From Malacoraja senta (lineage: Eukaryota): a stretch of 64,000 nt of DNA. This document shows, in pieces, positions 39,395-51,285 of this stretch. The translations under genes and the position numbers were made by a program. The notes beneath the pieces are model-generated. The model had not been told where the DNA came from. It did no database searches and was given only the letters and a program-made list of their open reading frames with translations. Each line of letters begins with the position of its first letter. Positions within the stretch are counted from its first letter, which is position 1. The stretch lies in assembly GCA_038087875.1 (NCBI GenBank), contig JAXLNO010000073.1, forward strand, positions 744,001-808,000, given 5' to 3'.

Positions 39395-40690
39395 TCACAG
39401 TCAATCAAATGTATCCAACGACGATGATCTTCAATCTTCACAGCAGTTGATGTTGTTGGTAGCACTTGGTTGTTCCGTTCAACACAGTCTCAATTTCTTC
39501 TTGTCCCAGCACCCCGTCATCTTGTAGCCTTTATTTTAATTTTTATATTTATTAGAAGTACATTACATTACAACCACATACATTAGTACTCGTCACTTGT
39601 ATCTTCTTACAATTAATGTACTCCGTTTGTTTTTTACACTAGTAAAAGGAAAGGATAAGATTGAAAGAAAGTGAAGGAAAATGTGAAAGTGTAGAAAGTG
39701 TGACAACAAGACAGAACGAAGACCCTATAAGAACAAAATTAAAAACAAAAGAAAAAGAGTTAAGAAATAGACCCTAGAAATGAAGGAGAAAGAGAAAGTG
39801 GAGAAAGAGAAAAACAAATAGTTTTTATGAGCATTACGCAAATGGGACATACCAACTTTCCAACTATCATCACCCCTTACCTGACCTCAGTTTTTTTTAA
39901 AGATACTTTTGCACCCTATATTTGTAATAATTCTATAAATGCAGACCACGTCGAATGGAAGTGATCTGGTTTACCTGCCAGGAGGAGTCTTATCTCTTCT
40001 AGGTGTAATGTTTCGAACATATTTGAAATCCACATGTTTATAGTTGGTATTGGAGCCTTCTTCCAACATTTTAGGATTAGCTTTTTTCCAGTTATTAAAC
40101 CATAGTCTATTAGTTTCTTTTGAAACACATTTAGTTCTGGACCATCTTCCGTTGTTCCGAAGATAATCCATTCTGCTTTAGGTATCAGTTTTATTTTAAA
40201 TAATTTTGTAAAGATTTCGAAAATTTCATTCCAAAATTTTTGAATTTTTGTACAGAAAACAAATGAGTGCGCTATAGTAGCTTCTTGGGATTTACATTTA
40301 TCTTGTAGCCTTTATGGACTCGTCCCTGTGCTCACTGGTTTTCAGCACAGCTCCTCGTACCTGGGAATGCAGATCTGGCAAGACATGGGTTAATTGCTGT
40401 CCATACATAATTAGTTAATCGCCCAGGGCCTGTAGGTGGCTTCCCCCCACTCTCCAGGGGGTGGGTACAGCAGCCTGTCCTGTATCAGTTAAAAAGTTGT
40501 AAATCCTGTTTCTCTAGCTGCAGTTGAATCACCCATTCTATTCATTCCCTCCACCAAAAGTCTGCAGGTGATTTGGAAATGTGAAATCACCTTCCCTGTG
40601 AATTTATTCTTTAATCCGATTATATCTGAAGAGGCTCTCCCCACCTAAATATTCAATTCTCCAAATATGTTCTCATCCCCAATCTACTTA
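39395..40690 (-). pseudogene. pol: Degenerate integrase core and C-terminal domain, split by an L1 insertion
   Basis: Hand translation across stops and frameshifts: WGEPLQI*SD, HLQT..LVEGMNRM, LHSQVRG, QVLPTTSTAVKIEDHRRWIHLIDC. Confidence 0.75.
39535..40299 (-). mobile_element. 5'-truncated L1-clade LINE with a 16-bp TSD
   Basis: TSD ATCTTGTAGCCTTTAT at 39519-39534 and 40300-40315; Cys-rich ORF2 end (CKSQEATIAHSFVFC..FW..KKLILKCWK..W); A-rich tail. Confidence 0.9.
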
Positions 40691-40697
40691 TCTTCTC

Positions 40698-40830
40698 GTC
40701 TGAAGAAGGGTTTCGGCCCGAAACGTTACCTATTTCCTTCGCTCCATAGATGCTGCTGCACCCGCTGAGTTTCTCCAGCATTTTTGTGTACCTTCGATTT
40801 TCCAGCATCTGCAGTTCCTTCTTTAACACA
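40698..40830 (+). mobile_element. Short Penelope terminal-repeat derivative with a hammerhead-like core, inserted in ERV pol
   Basis: CTGAAGAAGGGTTTCGGCCCGAAACGTT followed by the same sequence as 31730-31790. Confidence 0.8.
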
Positions 40831-41809
40831 TGCTTCAACACCTTTGTTTGTCTGCAGACAGTAATCTTGCCTCATTTGCATTTTAAAGGACAACCTCTGT
40901 TATCACATCAAAACAATCTTTCCCAAAAGAACTCACTCAGAATCAGTAATCAATAATACATTTTCTTTTTCTCTGTAATTTTGACATTTCCAATCTCATT
41001 TAACACTTTAATCGGGATGAGTCTCTTTTTGAACTCGGCTCAAAAGATTTTCACAAACAACACATTTTATCATTTGAGTATAGCTCCGCCCCGCATTTAT
41101 GGCAATGTCTTAAAGGGACACACCATAACCTGCCTGTTCATTTGCATTTTAAAGGACAAACTGTTCTTAAAGGGACACACACACACATTTGCTCATTGCT
41201 TCAAATTTCACACATTCCACATACAAAAAACATTGTTTTACAAGCAGTACATATACAAAAAACATTGTTTTACCAGCCGTATATAATATTTCATCTTCGA
41301 AGACGTCTCTTTGTAATTTACTTTCCCTTTTTTTGTCAAGACATCTGTTTACCAGAATCCTGGTTACAAAGAATTTACAAGGAAAAAAATTTAAAAGCTG
41401 CCATGTTTTATTAGCTCAGCCATTCCCCAGGGAGACTGATGCTCTGTCGGGTCACTTATATAGTCATTGCAGTGGGAGGACCGAGGTATAGTCTTTTTGT
41501 TGAAGCGAGAGAGTTAAGTTTGAAATTGGACATTGATCCAGATCGTGATTAGTCAGACTCCCCGTGACGTTTCAGTCTCCCTACCCTATCCTAATTTCTC
41601 CACCGAATTTTCCTTCATCCCCAATTTTTTATAACATAGTTGCTTGTCCGAAAAAGGGTTCCCCCGGGGCAATTTTGTTTTGAGCAATATCTTCCTCCTC
41701 TTTTTTAAAAACTTGTCACTTCATTTTACGACCCAATCCTTTGCCTTTTTTATTTTCTCTTTTCTGCCTGTCCACCAACTGCAACAGTTTCCAACATCTT
41801 CAACTCTAT

Positions 41810-42200
41810 TTCTGCCTTATCATTCCTTCCTTACCAGCATGGGTAAGGGAGTGAATATATGTTAGTAAGACAGGTAAACATGCATCGGGTACACAAACAT
41901 GTCCAAGCGGGGTGAGCCGAATCAATGGCACAGCCCTCTCATTTCCATAGTTGTTTTTGGATATGAGAGGCGTCCCTCTGTAATGTACATACCTCCCTCA
42001 TGTTTGGCAGGACCGTTCTATTTGCTAGCATCTGTTTACCTGCTGTCACTATGCATTTGGATGCAAAGGCTGCTTATTTGGCTACACTATCGGCAAACGC
42101 ATTGCCTTTGGTTATAGGGTCCCCAGCACCAGTGTGGACAGCACATTTAATAATGGCCAGCTGTTCTGGTAGCATCAATGCCTCAAGCAAATAACGCACA
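41810..42200 (-). pseudogene. pol: pol remnant: RNase H C-terminus and start of the integrase zinc finger
   Basis: LLEALMLPEQLAIIKCAVHTGAGDPITKGNAFADSVAK (ORF 42074-42301) and LLTYIHSLTHAGKEGM at ~41820-41870. Confidence 0.8.
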
Positions 42201-42399
42201 GAAAGGCATTCCCGTGCTCCCAATCCTGGGGAGCTTTGTAAGGTCGGAACTTCGAGGTCTAGGGTTGTTACTGACGGAGCTGCCACAGTTAAGGATGCCA
42301 TCGCTACTGGTGGGGGCTTAGGGAGGTGGACATGTCCCAGGATTATCTAAACCCACATCTTCACTACCAAACAGGGTCATCGTGCCAGACATGAAGTCT

Positions 42400-42868
42400 C
42401 CTCCGGAGGATTTACCAGTACTGGGTTTATTTTTACTAACCATCACCTGTTTCGCACCTCCCGCCTGTCTCTTAATTCTTTTCTCTTGTTCTTCCGCTCA
42501 CTGGCATTCTAGTTGCAATACTTTCCATCCTTTCATAGTGCCATCCTTATTTCTTAACTCTATCCCTTTTTTGCATGCAGTATCCATCCAACTTCAATCT
42601 CTACTCTCCTCATGCTTCTTCTATGCTTCTGCTTTCCATGCCTTAAGTTCTTTCTTCCATTTCTTTCCTGCCTTCCTTTCCCTTATCAACATCTCTGCTT
42701 TTTTAATTGTCTCTACATTCCATGTGCCCCCTTCCGGCCAGGCTTCATCCCCTAACGTTCGGTTAACTTGTAACTTAACACTCTAAATTTCTTATTATAC
42801 TTAGGATTCAAATAACACATATGTTGGATGGGGATTCCCCCCTCACTGTTATCCAGAGCATTCCCCAT
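42400..42868 (-). pseudogene. gag: gag matrix remnant
   Basis: ATG at 42868 gives MGNALDNSEGGIPIQHM (Gly2 myristoylation site); after a frameshift AWPEGGTWNVETIKKAE, resembling the gamma-type matrix WPxxGT motif. Confidence 0.7.
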
Positions 42869-43458
42869 AGATAGATAGATAGAGAGAGAGAGAAAGAGAG
42901 AGAAAAAGCAGATTTCTCAATTCTTTAAAAAAAATACCGTCCCAAATGTCTCAACCAGGCAGACTCGTTAATCGAGACCCCAGTTTCTCAACTTGGCAGA
43001 CTCCTTATCCCTTAAAAAACACCGTCCCAAATGTCTCAACCAGGCAGACTCGTTAATCAAGACCCCAGTTTCTCAACTTGGCAGACGTCTTAATCATTGA
43101 GAGAGAGAGAGAGAGACCCTTATTTCTCAACCCTACAAATCCTCGGGTGTCTCAACAAGGCAGGCGCACACCTCATCCCCTGTTTCTCAACCCGACAAAC
43201 CACGGGTGTCTCAACAAGGCCGACGAGCCCTTTGTAGAGAGAGAGAGAGAAAGAGAAAATAAAGAGAGATAGACAGAAAGAGAGGGAGAGAGGAAAAAAA
43301 TAGAGATAGAAAAGAGAGAGAGAATTCCTCTCTTAAAAATATTTTCCTTCTTTCCTTCTTTAAAATTCCTCCTTTCCTTCTTAAAAATATACACAAGCCC
43401 TTCTTAAAATACATACACAATTCCTTCTTAAAAAATACATACACAAAGCCCAACTGGT

Positions 43459-43467
43459 CTTACCTTT
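43459..43467 (-). promoter_or_regulatory. Candidate major splice donor in the ERV leader
   Basis: AAAG|GTAAG, ~190 nt downstream of the PBS and upstream of gag. Confidence 0.5.
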
Positions 43468-43650
43468 GTCTGTTTCTAAGAACCTCGGCAGGAAACCAAT
43501 TCAACGTCTGATGAAGGATCACAGATGTTCCCGGGAGTTTCTAGGGGAGTCGGTCTTACAAGGGGGCCGATTGAGCTCAGTTATCTCCCTACCAATCCCG
43601 GAAACCTCTGCAACCTCTTGCACATTCAGCTGTTGATGGTCCCAGCGAGG

Positions 43651-43668
43651 CCTGCCAAAACGACGCCA
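43651..43668 (-). promoter_or_regulatory. Primer binding site, imperfectly tRNA-Ser-like
   Basis: TGGCGTCGTTTTGGCAGG begins 1 nt after the LTR end; its complement CCTGCCAAAACGACGCCA resembles the vertebrate tRNA-Ser(AGA) 3' end CCTGCCGACTACGCCA (recalled, not searched). Confidence 0.6.
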
Positions 43669-43669
43669 A

Positions 43670-45093
43670 TGAAAAAGTAACTTTTATAACAATCAAACAG
43701 GTTCGCTCCTTAATAAACAGACAACTCACAATACGTTTGGGAGACCAGTTCAAAACTTTACTTATCATCGGCTGATGGAAGTGGTAAGAAAACCTGGGTC
43801 AAGTGAGCAATACTTTCACTTGTCTGTCCTCAGTCCACTTCTCTGAACAACAGAATTACATCATATTATATAGTGTTTTTTTGTCACCTTAGCACATTCC
43901 ACGAACATTATTCATGGTCAGAGGTACAGAGAATACACAGTATACTGCAGGATGTGTCACATCAAAGCCATCTTGTCATATGGTACAAGGACATAGATAC
44001 ATAGAAAATAGGTGCAGGAGTAGGCCATTCGGCCCTTCGAGCCTGCACCGCCATTCAATATGATCATGGCTGATCATCCAACTCAGTATCCCGTACCTGC
44101 CTTCTCTCCATACCCCCTGATCCCTTTAGCCACAAGGGCCACATCTAACTCCCTCTTAAATATAGCCAATGAACTGGCCTCAACTACCCTCTGTGGCAGA
44201 GAGTTCCAGAGATTCACCACTCTCTGTGTGAAAAAGTTTTTCCTCAACTCGGTCTTAAAGGATTTCCCCCTTATCCTTAAGCTGTGACCCCTTGTCCTGG
44301 ACTTCCCCAACATCGGGAACAATCTTCCTGCATCTAGCCTGTCCAACCCCATAAGAATTTTGTACGTTTCTATAAGATCCCCTCTCAATCGCCTAAATTC
44401 TAGCGAGTATAAGCCAAGTCTATCCAATCTTTCTTCATATGAAAGTCCTGACATCCCAGGAATCAGTCTGGTGAACCTTCTCTGCACTCCCTCTATGGCT
44501 ATAATGTCCTTCCTCAGATTTGGAGACCAAAACTGTACGCAATACTCCAGGTGTGGTCTCACCAAGACCCTGTACAACTGCAGTAGAACCTCCCTGCTCC
44601 TATACTCAAATCCTCTTGCTATGAAGGCCAACATACCATTCGCTTTCTTCACTGCCTGCTGCACCTGCATGCCTACTTTCAATGACTGGTGTACCATGAC
44701 ACCCAGGCCTCGCTGCATCTCCCCATTTCCTAATCGGCCACCAGTTAGATAATAGTCTGCCTTCCCGTTTTTGCCACCAAAGTGGATAACCTCACATTTA
44801 TCCACATATCAAAGGCATCGGACATTTGGTACAAGATATCTTACATATTAAAGGCATTGGCCATTTGTCAATACCCCTTACTGGGATCAATCTGTTCCTC
44901 TCTCGTCAAATGGTAGACAAATGTTATAGTCATTCAATATCTCAATACACAGCAACATGAGGCAAGCCTAGACTTGCCTTTCTGTATCGATCTCCTGGAG
45001 AAAAGCCTGCTTTGAGACTAAATATAAGTTGTAAGCTGGCCCAGGAATCCATTTAATATTTTCTTATATTTTTAACATAATTCAGCCTTATCA
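43670..45093 (-). repeat. ERV 5' LTR, interrupted by a CR1 insertion
   Basis: 43670-43990 and 44807-45093 align to the 3' LTR, with roughly 20 differences over ~610 bp by eye. Confidence 0.92.
43991..44806 (-). mobile_element. Young CR1 3' fragment inside the 5' LTR
   Basis: ORF 44083-44805 is nearly identical to 793-1704, sharing the diagnostic KDIIAIEG and KILMGLD. Confidence 0.95.
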
Positions 45094-45767
45094 CGCGATT
45101 GATTCCCCACGATTCGGGGCGGACGAAGCTGCTGTTGCCAGAGTTCGGAGTCGGTCACCAACCAGGTCAGCTCCCGATGTTACCATGGCCAAAGCCTCGC
45201 GTGTGTGCGCGCACACGCGCGCGTGGCCATCAAGAAATTGTGTCCCCCTCCCCCCATGTTTATAGAGCGATTTCCGTGCCTGGTACCAAAAATGCTTCAG
45301 AAGTAACATCCTCGTTAATCTCATCTGCATCTCCTTTAGTGCTAAGTTTTTACTGTAATAATGTAACAATGCAACATAGCTGGGATATGTTAGCCCGTGT
45401 GGGCAAGTTGGGCTGAAGGGCCTGTTTCCACAGTATGACTCTATGGCAGTAATGGGACGTTTATCGAAGCTGCAGCCAAGTAGGTTCAATGGTTTAATTG
45501 CCATATGACACACATGCAGCTGCACCGTGACGTTCCTGTTGTATATTTACACCCAAAGCCACCGCCATGTACTTTAGTTTCATTTAGTTGAGACCCAGCG
45601 TGGAAACTGGCCCTTCAGCCCACCGGGTCCACGCCGACCAGCGATCCCCGCACACTAACGCTGCCATACATGCGCTAGGGACAATTTACAATCTGAGTGA
45701 CGTACCTGTTTGGAGTGCGGAATGAAACCGGGGATCTCGGGGAAAACCCACGCAGGTCACGGGGAGA

Positions 45768-47765
45768 ACATAGAAACATAGAAAATAGGTGCAGGAGTAG
45801 GCCATTCGGCCCTTCGAGCCTGCACCGCCGTTCAATATGATCATGGCTGATCATCCAACTCAGTATCCTGTACCTGCCTTCTCTCAAGGGCCACATCTAA
45901 CTCCCTCTTAAATATAGCCAATGAACTGGCCTCAACTACCTTCAGTGGCAGAGAGTTCCAGAGATTCACCACTCTCTGTGTGAAAAATGTTTTTCTCATC
46001 TCGGTCCTAAAAGACTTCCCCCTTATCCTTAAACTGTGACCCCTTGTTCTGGACTTCCCCAACATCGGGAACAATCTTCCTGCATCTAGCCTGTCCAACC
46101 CCTTAAGAATTTTGTACGTTTCTATAAGATCCCCCCTCAATCTTCTAAATTCTAGCGAGTACAAGCCGAGTCTATCCAGTCTTTCTTCATATGAAAGTCC
46201 TGACATCCCAGGAATCAGTCTGGTGAACCTTCTCTGTACTCCCTCTATGGCAAGAATGTCTTTCCTCAGATTAGGAGACCAAAACTGTACGCAATACTCC
46301 AGGTGTGGTCTCACCAAGACCCTGTACAACTGCAGTAGAACCTCCCTGCTCCTATACTCAAATCCTTTTGCTATGAATGCTAACATACCATTCGCTTTCT
46401 TCACTGCCCGCTGCACCTGCATGCCTACTTTCAATGACTGGTGTACCATGACACCCAGGTCCTGTTGCATCTCCCCTTTTCCAAATCGGTCACCATTCAG
46501 GTAATAGTCTACTTTCCTGTTTTTGCCACCAAAGTGGATAACCTCACATTTATCCACATTATACTGCATCTGCCATGCATTTGCCCACTCACCCAACCTA
46601 TCCAAGTCACCTTGCAGTCTCCTAGCATCCTCCTCACAGCTAATACTGCCCCCCAGCTTAGTGTCATCCGCAAACTTGGAGATGTTGCATTCAATTCCCT
46701 CGTCCAGTTCATTAATATATATTGTAAATAGCTGGGGTCCCAGCACTGAGCCTTGCGGTACCCCACTAGACACTGCCTGCCATTGTGAAAAGGACCCGTT
46801 TACTCCTACTCTTTGCTTCCTGTTTGCCAGCCAGTTCTCTATCCACATCAATACTGAACCCCCAATATCGTGTGCTTTAAGTTTGCATACTAATCTCTTA
46901 TGTGGGACCTTGTCAAAAGCCTTCTGGAAGTCCAGATATAACACATCCACTGGTTCTCCATTATCCACTCTACTAGTTACATCCTCGAAAAATTCTATAA
47001 GATTCGTCAGACATGATTTACCTTTCATAAATCCATGCTGACTTTGTCCAATGATTCACCACTTTCCAAATGTGCTGCTATCCCATCTTTAATAACTGAC
47101 TCTAGCAGTTTCCCCACTACCGATGTCACTACAAACTCCATAAAAACGTAGAAAATAAGTGCAGGAGAAGGCCTTTCGGCCCTTTGAGCCAGCACCGCCA
47201 TTCAATATGATCATGGCTGATCATCCACAATCAGTTCCCCTTTCCTGCGTTCACCTCATATCCCTTGAATCCGTTAGCCCTAAGAGCTAAATCTAACTCT
47301 CTCTTGAAAACATCCAGTGAATTGGCCTCCACTGCCTTCTGTGGCAGAGAATTCCACAGATTCACAACTCTCTGGGTGAAAAAGTTTCTCCTCGTCTCAG
47401 TCCTAAATGGCCGACCCCTTATTCTTAAACTGTGACCCCTGGTTCTGGACTCTCCCAACATCTGGAATTTTTTTCCTGCATCTAGCCTGTCTAATCCTTT
47501 AAGAATTGTATGTTTCTATAAGTTGCCCTCTCATCCTTCTAAATTACAGTGCATACAAGCCCAGTTGACCCATTCTTTCATCATATGACAGTCCCGCCAT
47601 CCTGGGAATTAACCTGGTGAACCTACGCTGCACTCCCTCAATAGCAAGAATGTCCTTCCTCAAATTAGGAGACCAAAACTGCACACAATACTCCAGGTGC
47701 GGTCTCACCAGGGCCCTGTACAACTGCAGTAGGACCTCCTTGCTCCTAAACTCAAATCCTCTCAC
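45768..47765 (-). mobile_element. CR1 RT fragment (45768-47125) and a further CR1 3' fragment (47145-47765), inserted in a V-SINE (45580-45767)
   Basis: 395-aa ORF 45841-47028 with DFQKAFDKV, GVPQGSVLGP and KFADDT. Confidence 0.95.
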
Positions 47766-48349
47766 TCTGATGGGAAGTGATCTGAGGGATATGGGTCGAG
47801 TACAGGCAAATGGGATGAGCTTAGACGGCCATCTTGGTCGTGGTAAATGAGTGGGGCCAAAGGGCCTGTTTCCGTGCTGTGTGACCTCCTGCTTATTTTA
47901 TATATTTTTTCATCATATGTCAGTCTCGCCATCCCGGGCATTAATCTCTCCAGAGATGCTGCCTCACCTGCTGTGTCACTCCAGCATTTTGTGTCTCTCT
48001 GCAGAGCAATGGTTTTTAACCGCCTTTGTGAAATAGTCTGTTCGTGTTCGACATGAATTGCCTGCCATTTCCGTGATTAAATAGAAATATTCCAGTGATA
48101 CTCAGTTGTAGTTGACAAAGGTTCGCTTTGGGTGTAAGATGAGTGTGGTTATGTGAACAGATATTCTTTGTTGTCAGCAGCATTTTAACAATATTGAGGT
48201 TTTGGATATTAAGGGGAAAGCAAGAGTATTGGCATAGGCTGGCATAGTTAATCTATCTGTGTATAACATGCAGTAGGAGTAATGTCACAAACTGCACTCA
48301 GCAAAATTGCTTCAGTACTCTAAATGGTCAGGATTACGGGTGCTGTCAT

Positions 48350-49320
48350 TGTCATAGAGTGATACAGTGTGGAAACAGGCCCTTCAGCCCAACTTGCCCA
48401 CACTGGACATCATGTCCCAGCTACACTAGTCCCACCTGCCTGCGTTTGGTCCATATCCCTCCAAACCTGTCCTATCCATGTATCTGTCTAACTGTTTCTT
48501 AAACGTTGGGATAGTCCCAGCCTCAACTACCTCCTCCGGCAGCTCGTTCCATACACCCACCACCCTTTGTGTGGAAAAGTTACCCCTCAGATTCCTATTA
48601 AATCTTTTCCCCTTCACCTTGAACCTATGTCCTCTGGTCCTCGATTCCCCTACTCTGGGCAAGAGACTCTGTGCGTCTACCCGGTCTAATCCTCTCTTGA
48701 TTTTTATATACCTATAAGATCACCCCTCATCCTCCTGCCTGTACAGAGTTTGTACATTCGCCCCGTGACTGCGTGGGTTTCCCCCGGGTGCTCTGGTTTC
48801 CCCCCACACAAGCAGGCTAGAGGGCCTGTTTCCGTGCTGTATCTCTAAACGTAAATAAACTAGACATCCGGGGAATGTGCAGAGAGCGCCCGCAGTCGGG
48901 ATGGAACCCGGGTCTCCGGTGCTGTAAGCACTGCAAGGTGGCAATTCATCCGCTGTGCCACCGTAGCCGTACCTGTTGTTGTCTGTTGTGTACCCACTTC
49001 CCTCCACACTCACTACTTTGCTCCCCAGCACGTAGGTTTCAACTCCGAAGTTTCAGTCGATTGATTTGGAATTTATTTTTTAAATCGTCCCAAAATCATA
49101 TTCAGGTCTGTTACAGTAATGAAGAACGAGCTGCCGGAGGAGGTAGTTGAGGCTGGGACTATCCCGACGTTTAAGAAACAGTTAGACAGGTACATGGATA
49201 GGACAGGTTTGGAGGGATATGGACCAAGTGCGGGCAGGTGGGACTAGTGTAGATGGGGCAAGTTGGCCGGTGTGGGCAAGTTGGGCTGAATGGCCTGTTT
49301 CCACACTGTATCACTCTGTG
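48350..49320. mobile_element. Mixed CR1 3' ends and V-SINE fragments
   Basis: ORF 48426-48662 is a CR1 C-terminus; V-domain at 48740-48810; SINE head on the minus strand at 48885-48965; CR1 end at 49125-49320. Confidence 0.8.
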
Positions 49321-49614
49321 GCTCCATCACTTCAAGAAGGGGAATTTCAATGACCCTGCCATTAACAGGATTATAAAGGTGAAAGGTAGAATCGGGGCAG
49401 AATTGTTAGTGGATACAAAAGGCAATCTATTTTTAATCAACTTTTACTGGAGGTGGATGGTTCTGGGTAGCCAGACAGTGCATCTTGGAAGTAGTTAACT
49501 AACTCAGTGAGATTGAAGAAAGTTCGGAAAAATGACAAAGATAAAAATAAAAAGATGTTTTAACTTGTAGCCAGGCCGATTTTACTCGATGAAATAGACC
49601 CGTTTGAACAGAGG

Positions 49615-51040
49615 TTCAGAGGTTCACTTGTACCTCCTCCGACCTCATCTACTGCATCTGCTGTTCAAGGTGTGGACTCCTGTATATCCGCGAGACCAAA
49701 CGTAGACTGGGCGATCGTTTCACTGAACATCTCCGCTCAGTCCGCCTAAACCTACCTGATCTCCCGGTTGCCAAACACTTTAATCCCCCTCCCATTCCCA
49801 CACTGACCTTTCTGTCCTGGGCCTCCTCCATTGTCAGAGTGAGGCCCAGCGCAAATTGGAGGAACAGCACCTCATATTTCACTTGGGCCACTTACACCCC
49901 AGTGGTATGAACATTGACTACTCTAACTTCAAGTAGCCTTTGCTTTCCGACCCGAAACGTCATCCATTCCTTCTCACCAGAGAGGTTGCCGGTCCCGCTG
50001 AGTTACTCCTGCATTTTGTGTCTATCTTCAAATGACGTCACGCGCTCCAGACGGCCGTGCGGACGCATGATGACGCGCGTGATCGTCGCTCGTCAGTCAC
50101 TACCGGACTGTCACGTAAATGACGGCCAAGTGGGACAGGCCCTTTAGTGTGTGGGGATCGCTGGTCGCTGCAGGCTCGGAGGGTCTGTTTCCACGTTGTA
50201 TCTCAAAGCTAAAAACTAAAAGATCACGTATCATCTGGGAAATAAGAAAGAGTTTATGATTCGGATTCAAAAAATCTTAAATCTATGGTTTATTGATTTT
50301 CTAATATAAGGGGAATAGGTTGAGAAGGATTAGAGGATAAGATTGGAGGAAGGAACTGCAGATGTTGGTTTAAACCGTAGATACAAATGCCGGAGTAACT
50401 CAGCGGGACAGGCAGCATCTCTGGAGAGAAGGAAAGTTTCGGGTCGAGACCCTTCTTCAGACTGAGAGTCAGCGGACAGGGGAACGAGAGATATAGACGG
50501 TGATGTGGAGAGATAAAGAACAATGAATGAAAGATATGCAAAACAGTAATGATGATAAAGGAAACAGGCCATTGTTAGCTGTTTGTTGGGTGAGAATGAG
50601 AAGCTGGTGCGACTTGGGTGGGGGAGGGATAGAGAGAGAGGGAATGTCGGGGTTACTTGAAGTTAGAGAAGTCAATGTTCATACCGCTGGGGTGTAAGCT
50701 GCCCAAGTGAAATATGAGGTGCTGTTCCTCCAATTTGCGCTGGGCCTCACTCTGACAGTGGAGGAGGCCCAGGACAGAAAGGTCAGTGTGGGAATGGGAG
50801 GGGGAGTTAAAGTGTTTGGCAACCGGGAGATCAGGTAGGTCCAGGCGGACTGAGCGGAGATGTTCAGTGAAACGATCGCCCAGTCTGCGTTTGGTCTCAC
50901 CGATGTATAAGAGTCCACACCTGGAACAGCGGATACAGTGGATGAGGTTGGAGGAGGTGCAAGTGAACCTCTGCCTCACCTGAAAGGACTGTCGGGGTCC
51001 CTGGACAGAGTCGAGGGAGGAGGTATAGGGACAGGTGTTC
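49615..51040. mobile_element. Two oppositely oriented Penelope GIY-YIG/terminal-repeat fragments (49615-50030 plus; 50345-51040 minus)
   Basis: ORF 50653-51042 (NLIHCIRCSRCGLLYIGETKRRLGDRF); reverse-complement match to 49615-49940. Confidence 0.9.
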
Positions 51041-51285
51041 AAGGAAGTTTAGTTTTGTTCAGAGATACAGCACGGAAACAGGCCCTTCAGCGCACTGAGT
51101 CCACGGCAATTTGCTACTTTTACCGATGCTTTTTAACCTGCAAGCCACTCCGTCTTTGGAGTGTGGGAGGAAACCGGAGCACCCGGTGAAAACCCGCGCA
51201 GGTCACGGGGAGAAGGTGGAAACTCCGTACAGACAGCACCCGAAGTCAGGATTGAACCTGGGTCTCTGGCGCTGTGAGGCAGCAG

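Larger units (their letters stand above)
34783..45093 (-). mobile_element. Endogenous retrovirus (gamma/epsilon-like, gamma-type env), internally deleted, with a duplicated 3' end
   Basis: Matching TG..CA LTRs, PBS, PPT and imperfect 4-bp TSD (CACG 34779-34782 / CGCG 45094-45097); gag MA, RNase H, integrase and env remnants in canonical order on the minus strand. Confidence 0.93.

Noticed and set aside
43508..43545. CTGATGA motif in the ERV leader as a hammerhead core
   Set aside because: No following stem II with GAAA.
45841..47028. 395-aa RT ORF as an active or domesticated gene
   Set aside because: 5'-truncated CR1 copy lacking ORF1 and endonuclease, with a small deletion at the C-terminus.
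49571..49613. Possible small host exon (RPILLDEIDPFEQ) after TTGTAG
   Set aside because: Weak polypyrimidine tract, poor donor (GTTCAG) at a Penelope fragment boundary, no recognisable homology and no partner exons.
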